In this document: positions 29,147-37,544 of the stretch, in pieces
Position numbering within the stretch: position 1 is the stretch's first letter
Layout: every line of letters starts with the position of its first letter
Origin: a virus
Length of the DNA stretch: 61,027 nucleotides
Direction: 5' to 3' (one strand)
UHGV virus genome: UHGV-1381707
The notes under the pieces: model-generated
What the model was told of the DNA's origin: nothing
What the model saw: only the letters and a program-made list of their open reading frames with translations
Database searches by the model: none
Made by a program: the position numbers and the translations under genes

Positions 29147-29629
29147 TTATTTTGCGATGTCCATAATATCTACTAATTCAGACACCGAGCATTCCAAAGC
29201 CCTAGCTATTTTCAAAACGTTGTAACCTCTCGGACTTGCTTCTCCATTTAGATACTTACTTAATTGCGGTTGGGTTATACCAGTTAATTTCGATAGGTCA
29301 GTCTGAGTCATCCCTTTAATATTAAGACGTCTTTTTAATTTTCTAGCGAATTCATATCTCCATTCTGTTTCAGTCACCCAAGAATTGAATACATAGCTCG
29401 GAATCATTTGCCATTTTTTATCAACATAATCATATATCATTCTAGATCCGTCTTTTAATTTTATTGTTATTTCCATTTGTCCACTCGGGTACCAATCAGC
29501 AATATCTCTCATAACCCAAGGAACCATAGTTCTAAATTCGTCAAATATTTTCTGATAAAACTCCGATCCTATCACAATCGTATCTCCTTTCGAAATCGAA
29601 CATAATATAGTCTCTGGCCAAAAACCCAC
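29147..29629 (-). CDS. DNA-binding protein with C-terminal XRE-type helix-turn-helix
   Basis: C-terminus MTQTDLSKLTGITQPQLSKYLNG...LKIARALECSVSELV. N-terminal domain unknown. Sits directly downstream of the iteron array. Confidence 0.6.
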   Translation of the reverse strand: MGFWPETILCSISKGDTIVIGSEFYQKIFDEFRTMVPWVMRDIADWYPSGQMEITIKLKDGSRMIYDYVDKKWQMIPSYVFNSWVTETEWRYEFARKLKRRLNIKGMTQTDLSKLTGITQPQLSKYLNGEASPRGYNVLKIARALECSVSELVDIMDIAK

Positions 29630-29668
29630 TTTATTTTCTATTTACTATATAATCGTGAAATTATACTT

Positions 29669-29686
29669 TAGTTATATAACTAAACT
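29669..29686. promoter_or_regulatory. perfect 18-bp palindrome TTTAGTTATATAACTAAA upstream of the HTH gene
   Basis: Read directly from the sequence, ~40 nt upstream of the start at 29629. Operator-like. Confidence 0.35.
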
Positions 29687-29714
29687 ATAATTTTCAACTT
29701 TTATACCAAATAGA

Positions 29715-29940
29715 GAAAAAAAGTGGGAAAGTGGCCAAAAAGCCCGCGAACCCGCATGAATGCTAGGTTTTTTGTGGCCAAATCCATTTTTAAAAATGGC
29801 CAAAAGCCCACTTTTTTTGGCCAGTAAAAAATTTGAGTGTCCGCAGATCGGTTTGTGGCCAAAAATACTCCAAAAAAGCCCACTTTTAAAATGGGCAAAA
29901 ATGGCCAAAAAATCTCAACATACGGACACTCAAAACTCTA
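29715..29940. repeat. iteron-like array: at least 6 direct or inverted copies of TGGCCAAAA (extended unit about RTGGCCAAAAAGCCCACTTTT), flanked by a 12-bp inverted repeat
   Basis: Copies near 29721, 29766, 29788, 29808 (inverted), 29847 and 29891; a degenerate copy at 29882. Flanking inverted repeat TTTGAGTGTCCG (29832) and CGGACACTCAAA (29925). AT-rich surroundings. Confidence 0.5.
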
Positions 29941-29950
29941 AATTCCAAAC

Positions 29951-30133
29951 CTATTTTTTATTCTTTCTACCATTTTTGCGTTTTTTATCGGCAATATAAG
30001 AATCGAATTCTTCGTATTTGTTAACCCATTTTTTAGCTTTATGATACTCTTCAAGCTCACGTTTATACTTCTTACATTGACCGTGACAACCAGGATATCT
30101 ATCAGGGCAATTCTCGCAAGTAAAAGCTACCAT
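29951..30133 (-). CDS. small Cys-rich basic protein (60 aa)
   Basis: CENCPDRYPGCHGQCKK motif; Lys-rich tail. Confidence 0.4.
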   Translation of the reverse strand: MVAFTCENCPDRYPGCHGQCKKYKRELEEYHKAKKWVNKYEEFDSYIADKKRKNGRKNKK

Positions 30134-30150
30134 CTACAACTCATCCTTCT

Positions 30151-30246
30151 CTCAAATTTTAAAGCAAGCCATTATAACAACTCCGATAACGAAACCAATC
30201 AATATTCCAATCGTGAGACCTATACACAACATTATTGTGGGGTCCA
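30151..30246 (-). CDS. very small hydrophobic protein (31 aa)
   Basis: MDPTIMLCIGLTIGILIGFVIGVVIMACFKI. Start overlaps the previous stop (TAAtATG). Confidence 0.25.
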
Positions 30247-30249
30247 TAT

Positions 30250-30420
30250 TAGTCAGCCTCGCTTTCCAAATATTTTTTTATGTATGGCTTGCAATCTTCA
30301 ATTTCGTCGCATCCTTCATCCAAATTTCTACGAGAACACATAACGCAAGAAAGATTGCGATCGAAAAACGCAGCCATCTCGTCCACGCTCATCGCCCTGA
30401 TTTGTTCATACCTGGTCATT
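30250..30420 (-). CDS. small Cys-rich protein (56 aa)
   Basis: MTRYEQIRAMSVDEMAAFFDRNLSCVMCSRRNLDEGCDEIEDCKPY... RBS GAAGGAG. Confidence 0.3.
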
Positions 30421-30422
30421 GT

Positions 30423-31046
30423 CTACACTCCTTCGTAAAGTTGTTCCGCGTTATTCAAAATAGCTTTTGCATAATCGCTTACTTCTCCTCTAGAAGTTTT
30501 TCTGTTAGCGTAGGCAGCCCCACCGTTATAAGCCATCAAAGCCCATTCAATAGACCCGCTCGATTCTAACAAATCTCCAAGCAAATCTATTCCAACAGTT
30601 ACGTTATCAAATGGGTCCATTAAGTCTGGAGCACCAAGCTCATTAGCCCGCTTCTGGTGCCATTTAGGCTGTATTTGCATTAGCCCGTATGACCTACCGT
30701 GGTCACCCTTAATATCGGCTCTATAGCGCGATTCTCGGCCAATCATGGCTATTATAATGGCTGGGTCTATTCCACGTTTCTCGCATTCTGCAAATATATG
30801 ATCCTGTAGCTCTTCTTCGAGAGGCACGTCAAAATATGTTACTTCAGGAGCCTCTATAGTTTCCACACCAACATCAATAGGAGACCCAACAGCAACCTCA
30901 TCAACTACAACAGCCGAGATTTCTTCTATAACAACTTCTTCTATTGTTGATTCAGAGGTTTCTGCTTTAACATCAAGCACTCCCGCTCCAGTAACAGCGC
31001 ATATTGTGTATGCAGCGGCTACTATTAAATTTTTGATATTGCGCAC
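30423..31046 (-). CDS. secreted lytic transglycosylase (SLT domain)
   Basis: N-terminal signal-like hydrophobic segment. Catalytic region ESRYRADIKGDHG..SYGLMQI matches the SLT E-S...GLMQ signature. Confidence 0.75.
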   Translation of the reverse strand: MRNIKNLIVAAAYTICAVTGAGVLDVKAETSESTIEEVVIEEISAVVVDEVAVGSPIDVGVETIEAPEVTYFDVPLEEELQDHIFAECEKRGIDPAIIIAMIGRESRYRADIKGDHGRSYGLMQIQPKWHQKRANELGAPDLMDPFDNVTVGIDLLGDLLESSGSIEWALMAYNGGAAYANRKTSRGEVSDYAKAILNNAEQLYEGV

Positions 31047-31049
31047 GTC

Positions 31050-31469
31050 TTAATCCTCCTCCATCATTATTTTTATGATATTTTTGCTAACCGTCTCAAC
31101 GTTCCATTCTAGTGTCGGCATATTGAACCTATCAGTTGTACTAGGAATGTTGATGGATATCGAGATGTTGTTAACGAAATCCGCATTTTCAGGAACTATA
31201 TCTTTTGCACGGTCAATAAGCTCTTTGCCAATCTCCTTTATCTTTTGAATTAAGTTATTTTGAAATGTATTGCTCGTGCCTTCTTTGACTATTTCTCTAT
31301 TCCAGCATTTTCCGCATATTTCATCAGTCATTATTCCTCCATGAAGTTTCGGACAATAATCCGGATCAGCTAAATAACCGTAATCCGACGGGCAATCATC
31401 GCATCCACCTATTGCCGTGGAATTAACTTTATTGAGATATTGAAGTTCTAATAGTTCTCTGCAAGTCAT
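31050..31469 (-). CDS. Cys-rich hypothetical protein
   Basis: Start MTCRELLEL at 31469 after GGAGGG. CDDCP...CPKLHGG...CGKC metal-binding-like pattern. Confidence 0.35.
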   Translation of the reverse strand: MTCRELLELQYLNKVNSTAIGGCDDCPSDYGYLADPDYCPKLHGGIMTDEICGKCWNREIVKEGTSNTFQNNLIQKIKEIGKELIDRAKDIVPENADFVNNISISINIPSTTDRFNMPTLEWNVETVSKNIIKIMMEED

Positions 31470-31660
31470 GCTAACCCTCCATCTGACCAATCCAATTCTC
31501 TTCCAAAATATTTAATGTTCTCTTTTGGAAGAAATGCTTTGTAGTTATTCTTACTAAAATAGAAGCACCCACTATCGACGTTGAGACCCCAATCGCTAAC
31601 GCCAATTATCACTTTTTCAGAACCGTCGTTGAAAATGACAAGTAATTTGTTTAATATCAT
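31466..31660 (-). CDS. hypothetical protein (64 aa)
   Basis: ORF preceded by an RBS/terminator module that recurs at 49.2 kb. Confidence 0.35.
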   Translation of the reverse strand: MILNKLLVIFNDGSEKVIIGVSDWGLNVDSGCFYFSKNNYKAFLPKENIKYFGRELDWSDGGLA

Positions 31661-31687
31661 TTCTAATCTCTCCTTTCATTTTTAGCA

Positions 31688-31716
31688 AAAAGAAAAAGAG
31701 CCCTAAATTGGGACTC
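31688..31716 (-). terminator. rho-independent terminator hairpin (GAGCCC..GGGACTC + T-tract); member of a repeated hairpin family
   Basis: On the minus strand the hairpin is followed by TTTTTCTTTTTGC. A ~50-bp segment is near-identical to 49186-49236. Confidence 0.5.
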
Positions 31717-31891
31717 CATCCTCCGAATATTTAATCGTTTCTACTACTTCTTTAAAATGTCTATTGATATATTGTTTATATCGTTCTTCAGACATAATTA
31801 ACTGTGTATAATCTGTAGCTTTAATCTCGACAATTCCGTTGTTAGCAAGAGTCTCGATGTCTTCCTCAGATAGTATTGTTATTTTAGTCAT
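31703..31891 (-). CDS. hypothetical protein (62 aa)
   Basis: ORF. Confidence 0.35.
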   Translation of the reverse strand: MTKITILSEEDIETLANNGIVEIKATDYTQLIMSEERYKQYINRHFKEVVETIKYSEDGVPI

Positions 31892-32149
31892 TTATAATTT
31901 CTCCATTCGATTTTTAAATTGTTCTATTTGTTCTTCAAAATTTCTTTGTATATCTCCTCCGATATCATAATTCACCATTTCTTCGATGACCCTGAAACTC
32001 ATGGTGTTTACAATGGGGTGGTAGCCTATACAATTACCTTTAACATAATAGAAACAACCGATAGAACTTTCTATTCCATATTTAGTCACTTCATTAATTC
32101 TTTGTGTATGTCCGTCTCTAGTCACAATCGTCAAGTAGAACATTTCCAA
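31892..32149 (-). CDS. hypothetical protein (85 aa)
   Basis: ORF. Confidence 0.35.
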   Translation of the reverse strand: MEMFYLTIVTRDGHTQRINEVTKYGIESSIGCFYYVKGNCIGYHPIVNTMSFRVIEEMVNYDIGGDIQRNFEEQIEQFKNRMEKL

Positions 32150-32633
32150 CCGCCTTTCCGGTGATTAATTCGCTATAAGGTAGCTCTTCAATCCAAACAC
32201 AAAAGTCCCGCCACTCATCAAGTTTGTGAGTTTTGCGAGACTTATAAATGTTGGCCAGGACTTCGTAATTGAGCATCACCGTTCGTCTTTGGTTGTAGCT
32301 GCTCGGAAGAAGCTGAATCATCTGCCACCAGTATTTTTTGTCTTTGGTTTCGAGATATTTGTTTCTATAATGATTTAACGTATCAAGCATAATCTTTTTG
32401 ATAACAAAACCTGACGAACACGCCACGTGCTCTGTATCATTATTTATTGTGGAATCATCATCGATTAAATGCTCACACGAAAAATCCTCCAGCGTAAATT
32501 CTTTCTCATGAATCTTATGCATCGTGCTGCAAGAATTCGCAACAGTTCCGACCTTGTACGTATCGAATTCCTTCCCATTAATGGACCATCTTTTACTCAC
32601 TAAATATAGTGAGGACACCATTTCGGTTTTCAT
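32118..32633 (-). CDS. ThyX-like (flavin-dependent thymidylate synthase family) protein, C-terminal half
   Basis: QMIQLLPSSYNQRRTVMLNYEVLANIYKSR...THKLDEWRDFCVWI, compared with ThyX [42 protein letters not shown]. The RHR motif was not found. Confidence 0.4.
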   Translation of the reverse strand: MKTEMVSSLYLVSKRWSINGKEFDTYKVGTVANSCSTMHKIHEKEFTLEDFSCEHLIDDDSTINNDTEHVACSSGFVIKKIMLDTLNHYRNKYLETKDKKYWWQMIQLLPSSYNQRRTVMLNYEVLANIYKSRKTHKLDEWRDFCVWIEELPYSELITGKAVGNVLLDDCD

Positions 32634-33020
32634 GGGCTTCGTTTCCTAAAACCCAGCTACGTATCAATAGTAGCCCTACTCCCCTGCCCGGAAGACGTAG
32701 GGGATGGCCTCTACAGGTTCGTTCTAAAAGTAAAAGAAAAAGTAAGGATAATCGGCTGCGTCACCTATTTTCCACTAAAGGGATTGAACTTATCCGTGTT
32801 CTCTTCCGATCGATTTAACGTTAGCTTCGTTTAATACAAACGGCTCGTCCACGAGCTTACGACGCTATAACGTCCTTACTTCTTCTCATAATATCGCATG
32901 TAAATTTCGCGAATATACTTTTAAAGCTTTTCCCACGGGATTCCAATGGGTGGTTCCCCGTTAGCCACAATTGTGACCCCTTCCGATAAGAAGGAAAAGT
33001 GTTTCATTGGCAGAAAGAAT
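32634..33020 (-). other. ~390-nt structured noncoding insert between the two ThyX-like ORFs; candidate intron or long 5' leader
   Basis: A series of short hairpins (GACGTTATAGCGTC, GCTCGTGGACGAGC, GGATAAGTTCAATCC, CCCTAC...GTAGGG). Contains one copy of the TTCGCGAA promoter-like element at 32885-32916. Confidence 0.3.
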
Positions 33021-33332
33021 TTACCAATACAAAGGAGCAGTAATATCCACATATACCACGATCATCCGCATGAACTTACGATGGTCCGTACCGGCGTTGC
33101 GCAGCCGCATCATGAGGTCGAAGTCGTTTGGGCCGATATAATAGGTTTTGTGATCGTTGCATTCTTTCCTATGTTTTGCCGGTTCGCAAAACCCATCTCT
33201 ATCAATGATTCCGCAAGTGCCACAGTCTACAGCATCATAGCTATCACTCTTCTCCCAAGAGTTCATCGGATTCCGCATCCCACGAATCGCATGCTCCCAG
33301 CCCAGGACCTCATAGTTTTCGAACTTGATCAT
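33021..33332 (-). CDS. ThyX-like protein, N-terminal half
   Basis: Start MIKFENYEV at 33332 after GAAAGGAG. LMMRLRNAGTDHRKFMRMIVVYVDITAPLYW, compared with ThyX [29 protein letters not shown]. The ORF stops exactly where ThyX would continue with RQWFRHR. Confidence 0.35.
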   Translation of the reverse strand: MIKFENYEVLGWEHAIRGMRNPMNSWEKSDSYDAVDCGTCGIIDRDGFCEPAKHRKECNDHKTYYIGPNDFDLMMRLRNAGTDHRKFMRMIVVYVDITAPLYW

Positions 33333-33363
33333 TTTTACTCTCCTTTCAACAATAACTCCATAA

Positions 33364-33657
33364 TCACATTTTTTTAAACATGTCCGGATTATCTTTAATA
33401 ACCATGTGTAAAGCATTGGCGAGTTCGTCAATCAATTTTTCATCATGATTCACATGCCCAAGATGATCAAATATGGCGTGCGTTAGTTCATGCAGTAAAA
33501 CCACTTCCATTCTCTCTTGTGCCGCCGGAACAATTCGGATCTCCAAGTTCATGTAATCGATCTCGCCAGAACAATTAAGCTTCCCCAAATCCAATATCGT
33601 AGTCTGCTCGATTCGATATGTTTTGCCTCCGATTTTTACGGTTTTAGGAATACGCAT
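33364..33657 (-). CDS. HEXXH-motif protein, ImmA/IrrE-like metallopeptidase candidate (97 aa)
   Basis: VLLHELTHAIFDHLGH motif. Confidence 0.3.
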   Translation of the reverse strand: MRIPKTVKIGGKTYRIEQTTILDLGKLNCSGEIDYMNLEIRIVPAAQERMEVVLLHELTHAIFDHLGHVNHDEKLIDELANALHMVIKDNPDMFKKM

Positions 33658-33956
33658 TTAGAATCCTCCGAAATAAGATGAATTTCATATCCGCACATTT
33701 TCTCGATTTCTGACAATGTCATTATTCTAATAAGTTTGTGGGGGTTGGGTTTTGTTTTATTTTCATCATTATCCAAAAACGAAGTGAGTTTCTTCTTGCA
33801 TTTCGGACATAAATCAAGTTTTATTGAAGGAAATGGACGGTCAGTCTTGAAGATTTCATAATACGAGTACAAATCAAAATCATAAAGCGCTCCACATACA
33901 TCGCATTTCTTTGCGTCAGCCATTTCTATTCTCCTTCTTCGCAATCTTGACAACAC
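33636..33956 (-). CDS. zinc-ribbon protein (106 aa)
   Basis: CDVCG...CPKCKKK four-Cys pattern. Confidence 0.3.
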   Translation of the reverse strand: MLSRLRRRRIEMADAKKCDVCGALYDFDLYSYYEIFKTDRPFPSIKLDLCPKCKKKLTSFLDNDENKTKPNPHKLIRIMTLSEIEKMCGYEIHLISEDSKCVFLKP

Positions 33957-34251
33957 GTTTTATGTTCTTATAACGAACCCTTTTCTTTTTGGCATAATCG
34001 GCTAAATGAACTACTCTTTTGTTTGAACAATGCTCCGCTGCCTCTTGAAAAATGCCAGTGGCAATTAGCATCCCAACTTCCGACAAACGAATATGCATTT
34101 CAAACTCTTGATCGCTATCGACAATGGGAATATATGGCTCGTCCTCGTCATAAAATTCTTCAGTTATCGTTTCAACAGAGTCGATTTGCCCTATGCAATT
34201 AGTTGAATTATTTGCTTGGATGTAATATTTCACGTTTTCCAATCCTTTCAT
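33916..34251 (-). CDS. hypothetical protein (111 aa)
   Basis: ORF. Confidence 0.35.
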   Translation of the reverse strand: MKGLENVKYYIQANNSTNCIGQIDSVETITEEFYDEDEPYIPIVDSDQEFEMHIRLSEVGMLIATGIFQEAAEHCSNKRVVHLADYAKKKRVRYKNIKRVVKIAKKENRNG

Positions 34252-34350
34252 TTCTTTATGTTGGAAATCATGCGCTCTAACTTGTGAACTTTATACAAAA
34301 GATACAATACTAAACCCCATCGCATCAGGATGACGGCAAGTTTTAATATA

Positions 34351-34563
34351 TCAATTAGTTCCATTTTCCTTACCCCCACCATTTATCATCGATTCCATCA
34401 TGGTTTCGATTAACAATTTGGTATGAATTAAAGCATCGTTCGGTTCAAATCCTTGATTAAGAAAACTTTTGTAAGTTACTCCCCATGTTTCGGATATAAC
34501 GCCGATAGTCTTAATAAAGTCGAGCATCTTGTCATTCATAACTATTCTCCTTAATTTTTCCAA
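34351..34563 (-). CDS. hypothetical protein (70 aa)
   Basis: ORF. Confidence 0.3.
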   Translation of the reverse strand: MEKLRRIVMNDKMLDFIKTIGVISETWGVTYKSFLNQGFEPNDALIHTKLLIETMMESMINGGGKENGTN

Positions 34564-34843
34564 GTCGAATCATTCCGACATACTGACCGTAACTAAAATC
34601 TGTTCCGTGAAATCGATTATAGTCATTAATATCTCGTATCACTTCGTTTGTTAACTTTAAGCTGTATTCTTCCTGCAGGGTTCTGTCATGAACCATCTTT
34701 TTTAGTCTTTGCAATTTGTAAGACTCTTCCCATGCTTGTCGCCTACGAATTTCTTTACAATCGTCACAATAACGCTGATTAGGATGCGTGAACTCAAATT
34801 CGGTTCCACAAAAAATGCATTCTCTCGTACTCACCACAAACAC
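34532..34843 (-). CDS. zinc-ribbon hypothetical protein (103 aa)
   Basis: CIFCG...YCDDCK pattern. Confidence 0.3.
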   Translation of the reverse strand: MFVVSTRECIFCGTEFEFTHPNQRYCDDCKEIRRRQAWEESYKLQRLKKMVHDRTLQEEYSLKLTNEVIRDINDYNRFHGTDFSYGQYVGMIRLGKIKENSYE

Positions 34844-34855
34844 CTTCTATTTTTA

Positions 34856-35011
34856 TTATTTTTCCTCTTCCCATTTAACAGGCTTATGAGAATATAAATT
34901 AATCGGCTCGCACAAACATTCATCACAAGGTTCATCTTGTTCCTCGTTTTTCTTATATTGGCACGTCTTGCAATACTCATTGAAATATACTTCTTTGTAA
35001 TACTCCTCCAT
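34856..35011 (-). CDS. small Cys-rich protein (51 aa)
   Basis: MEEYYKEVYFNEYCKTCQYKK...CDECLCEP. Below the 60-aa cutoff of the supplied ORF track; found by eye. Confidence 0.25.
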   Translation of the reverse strand: MEEYYKEVYFNEYCKTCQYKKNEEQDEPCDECLCEPINLYSHKPVKWEEEK

Positions 35012-35023
35012 TGTTACTCCTCC

Positions 35024-35335
35024 TTAATCAAAATCTTCTAGTTCGTCCGGAACGAAATAAGAAGTGCTATTGCTATTCAACTCTTCAATATGTCTGTCCA
35101 ATTTTTCTACTGCCGAGGTTAACATGGTGTATAAAAAGTAAGAATGGTTGCACCGATCATTTTTACGAAACGTGCTCTTTATACCGGTATTTCCCTTTTT
35201 AATAACCATGTGTAAAGAATGACCTTCGTCGTTATAAAAATCTATATCGTACCCTTCGTCGACAAGCTTTATAAGTTCATCTTCGAAACTCATAAAGGCT
35301 CTCCTTTCAATCCCACTTTGTAAATTTACGTTCAT
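35024..35335 (-). CDS. hypothetical protein (103 aa)
   Basis: ORF. Confidence 0.35.
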   Translation of the reverse strand: MNVNLQSGIERRAFMSFEDELIKLVDEGYDIDFYNDEGHSLHMVIKKGNTGIKSTFRKNDRCNHSYFLYTMLTSAVEKLDRHIEELNSNSTSYFVPDELEDFD

Positions 35336-36524
35336 TGAATTGCTTCTTTTCTCTCAAAGCTTTACCAATTGCCAAATCAATTCCGCTGCGAGATTTTAAA
35401 TGATAGTAATATAAATCTGTGTATGGCGTATTTAGTCGATCGATTCGCCCTGAAGCTTGCTGCATAACTTTGTAGCTATAGTTTTGAGAAAAGAAGACAA
35501 TCGTGTCTGTTCTGACACAGTTCCATCCTTCCGCTCCGGCAGTGTATTGCACGAGATATACCCATCTCTTTCCTTCAGGTATTGGCTGATGTCGATGACC
35601 ATTCCATTCTGCGATTTCCGTTTTTTCTCCATAATAAATCTCCTTCAAAATATCAAGTTCGTAATCAAAGTTGTAAAATATGATCATTTTAGGATGCTTT
35701 TCAAATAACTCCAGTAAAGCCACCTGCCTGGACTCATCTTCGTTCACAATCCTTCGAAGAATATAACAAAGTCCGCTCGCTTGCTGGATGGGTTCGTTTT
35801 TATAGGGGTCCCAACGATTGCGCATAGCCTCCTTATACTTTGAAATATCATAGTTGCAATACACGTCCTCGTGATGAGAGACGGTCAATCGTTTGAAATC
35901 CATATCGACCAAAATGCTGTCCCTCAATCGAATGAGTTTCCCAGTCCCCACAAACCGATCGATCTTCGGGTACTTAGTAAACCGAGAATATATAACATGC
36001 TCTCGAGTAAACTCTGTCTTGTTCCTATAGAACCCATTCGCCACGAACACCGGAATATAATCCTGCCAAGTGTCTCCTGGCGTTGCTGATAACAATATCC
36101 AGTCATTTTTCCGAGCAATGTTGAGGAACGCTTTCACCCAAGTTCCGCTGCCTACCACCCTCTGTTCGTCAAATATAAAGAACGCGCCATGAACTTCTTT
36201 ATACTTTTTAATGTTATTCCAGCTATCGACTACCACTTTGTTTTTGTAAAAATTCACTTCCGGATTTTTTGACAAAAGAAAAGGAGCTAATTCTCCCTCC
36301 CATTCCAAAGTATCACGCTTACGAGCAGTCGTGATAATGTACAAATCTTTAGGGTGCTTCATTTTTATGTAATTTTTAGTGCCTAAAACGCCTCCTTGCT
36401 CTTTGTAATAATAAGCAAGTGAGGTCCGAGATTTCCCAGACCCCACTCCGCCGCAAAGAATACATCCGTTTTTCATTCTGTCTACTGCATCTAATTGATA
36501 ATCATACAAACTGATTCCAGACAT
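35307..36524 (-). CDS. SF2 DNA helicase (DEAD/SNF2-like)
   Basis: DYQLDAV, Walker A CGGVGSGKS, IFDEQ (motif II), LLSATPG (motif III), QASGRIDR (motif VI). Confidence 0.6.
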   Translation of the reverse strand: MSGISLYDYQLDAVDRMKNGCILCGGVGSGKSRTSLAYYYKEQGGVLGTKNYIKMKHPKDLYIITTARKRDTLEWEGELAPFLLSKNPEVNFYKNKVVVDSWNNIKKYKEVHGAFFIFDEQRVVGSGTWVKAFLNIARKNDWILLSATPGDTWQDYIPVFVANGFYRNKTEFTREHVIYSRFTKYPKIDRFVGTGKLIRLRDSILVDMDFKRLTVSHHEDVYCNYDISKYKEAMRNRWDPYKNEPIQQASGLCYILRRIVNEDESRQVALLELFEKHPKMIIFYNFDYELDILKEIYYGEKTEIAEWNGHRHQPIPEGKRWVYLVQYTAGAEGWNCVRTDTIVFFSQNYSYKVMQQASGRIDRLNTPYTDLYYYHLKSRSGIDLAIGKALREKKQFNERKFTKWD

Positions 36525-36528
36525 TTGA

Positions 36529-36696
36529 TCACCTTATTAACTGCGAGATAAGAGACATTAATTGAAACGGATCGTCAATCATTAATTTTTCTAAATCGAT
36601 ATGTAATCCTGTTTCTATCACTTTGTCCATATCGATTTCGAATATCCCGCATTTGTCCCATTTGTATAGCCAATCCAAAATTTCGTATCTGTTCAT
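36529..36696 (-). CDS. small hypothetical protein (55 aa)
   Basis: MNRYEILDWLYKWDKCGIFEID... Stop overlaps the RBS/start of the helicase gene. Confidence 0.25.
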   Translation of the reverse strand: MNRYEILDWLYKWDKCGIFEIDMDKVIETGLHIDLEKLMIDDPFQLMSLISQLIR

Positions 36697-36700
36697 TCAG

Positions 36701-36892
36701 TCACTTCCCCGAAGCATTAAAAGCTGCTTCTACTACAAAATTGTTAACGATAGTTAAAGCTTCTTTCCTGGAAAATCCATGTTTAATCAACCCGTCATAT
36801 ATGATGCTCGCCATTTCGCAAATTTTTTCGACGTTTCCGTTGAAGCAGTTGATAGGTTCGTCGTCTACATAGAATACATAATCGCCGTTCAT
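36701..36892 (-). CDS. hypothetical protein (63 aa)
   Basis: ORF. Confidence 0.3.
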   Translation of the reverse strand: MNGDYVFYVDDEPINCFNGNVEKICEMASIIYDGLIKHGFSRKEALTIVNNFVVEAAFNASGK

Positions 36893-36912
36893 CTTTTATT
36901 CTCCTTTCAAAA

Positions 36913-36940
36913 TAAAGAGCCCGTCCGTAGACGAGCCCAA
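36913..36940 (-). terminator. terminator hairpin GGGCTCGTC-TACG-GACGGGCTC followed by a T-rich run on the minus strand
   Basis: 9-bp stem with two G-U pairs, then TTTATTTTG. Confidence 0.4.
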
Positions 36941-36947
36941 ATTAACT

Positions 36948-37130
36948 TTATAAATTTTCTTCCAACCATTTATTTGCTGCTTCCATTTCTTCGTCGGACA
37001 TGATGCATTCGAAGTGAACCAATTTGCCATTTTCACTTGGCTCAAAATATAAAGCGTGTTCTTTCAAATAATTCGTGAATAATTCTGCCTCGTCTCTAGT
37101 TAAATCTAGTCTACATTGATTAGTCACCAT
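36948..37130 (-). CDS. hypothetical protein (60 aa)
   Basis: ORF. Confidence 0.3.
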   Translation of the reverse strand: MVTNQCRLDLTRDEAELFTNYLKEHALYFEPSENGKLVHFECIMSDEEMEAANKWLEENL

Positions 37131-37318
37131 AATACCCCCTCGATAACATTTCCATCTTCGTCACAAGTCAATATAACAATAGGTCCTCCTGGAACTTGGA
37201 ACTTCCATTTATTCGGTGCCGGATTTGTGTACCACTCTAGGTCTTCTTCATGAACCCAGTAGTGATCTGTTAAATAATCGTATAATCGATCGTGATAAAA
37301 TTTTTCTGATCTTTGCAT
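37124..37318 (-). CDS. hypothetical protein (64 aa)
   Basis: ORF. Confidence 0.3.
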   Translation of the reverse strand: MQRSEKFYHDRLYDYLTDHYWVHEEDLEWYTNPAPNKWKFQVPGGPIVILTCDEDGNVIEGVLW

Positions 37319-37331
37319 AATGAACCCGCCT

Positions 37332-37544
37332 TTATTTTAGATTGTACTTTCTAGCAAAATATGCATTTACTTCTGGAATAGATTTTTTGTAATATGGTTG
37401 ATTCTCTTTAGTCCAAGCTGCTAAATCCTTCTTCGTTTTGAATGGCTCATCCCAAGATTCACCCATCATAATCATTTCAATTTGATCAGAAAGCTCGTCG
37501 ATGAAATTCTGTACAGTCCATCCTTCCCATACAATGCGATTCAT
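37332..37544 (-). CDS. hypothetical protein (70 aa)
   Basis: ORF. Confidence 0.3.
   Translation of the reverse strand: MNRIVWEGWTVQNFIDELSDQIEMIMMGESWDEPFKTKKDLAAWTKENQPYYKKSIPEVNAYFARKYNLK

Noticed and set aside
29672-29999. ORFs 29672-29908(-), 29701-29898(-) and 29760-29999(+) with GHK/FWP-rich products
   Set aside because: They are produced by the TGGCCAAAA iteron repeats and overlap each other in different frames. No RBS. The region is better explained as a repeat array.
32634-33020. A definite group I intron call
   Set aside because: I could not identify P7/P3 core pairings or a 3' exon encoding the RHR motif by eye, and the element also carries a promoter-like motif, so it remains a hypothesis only.
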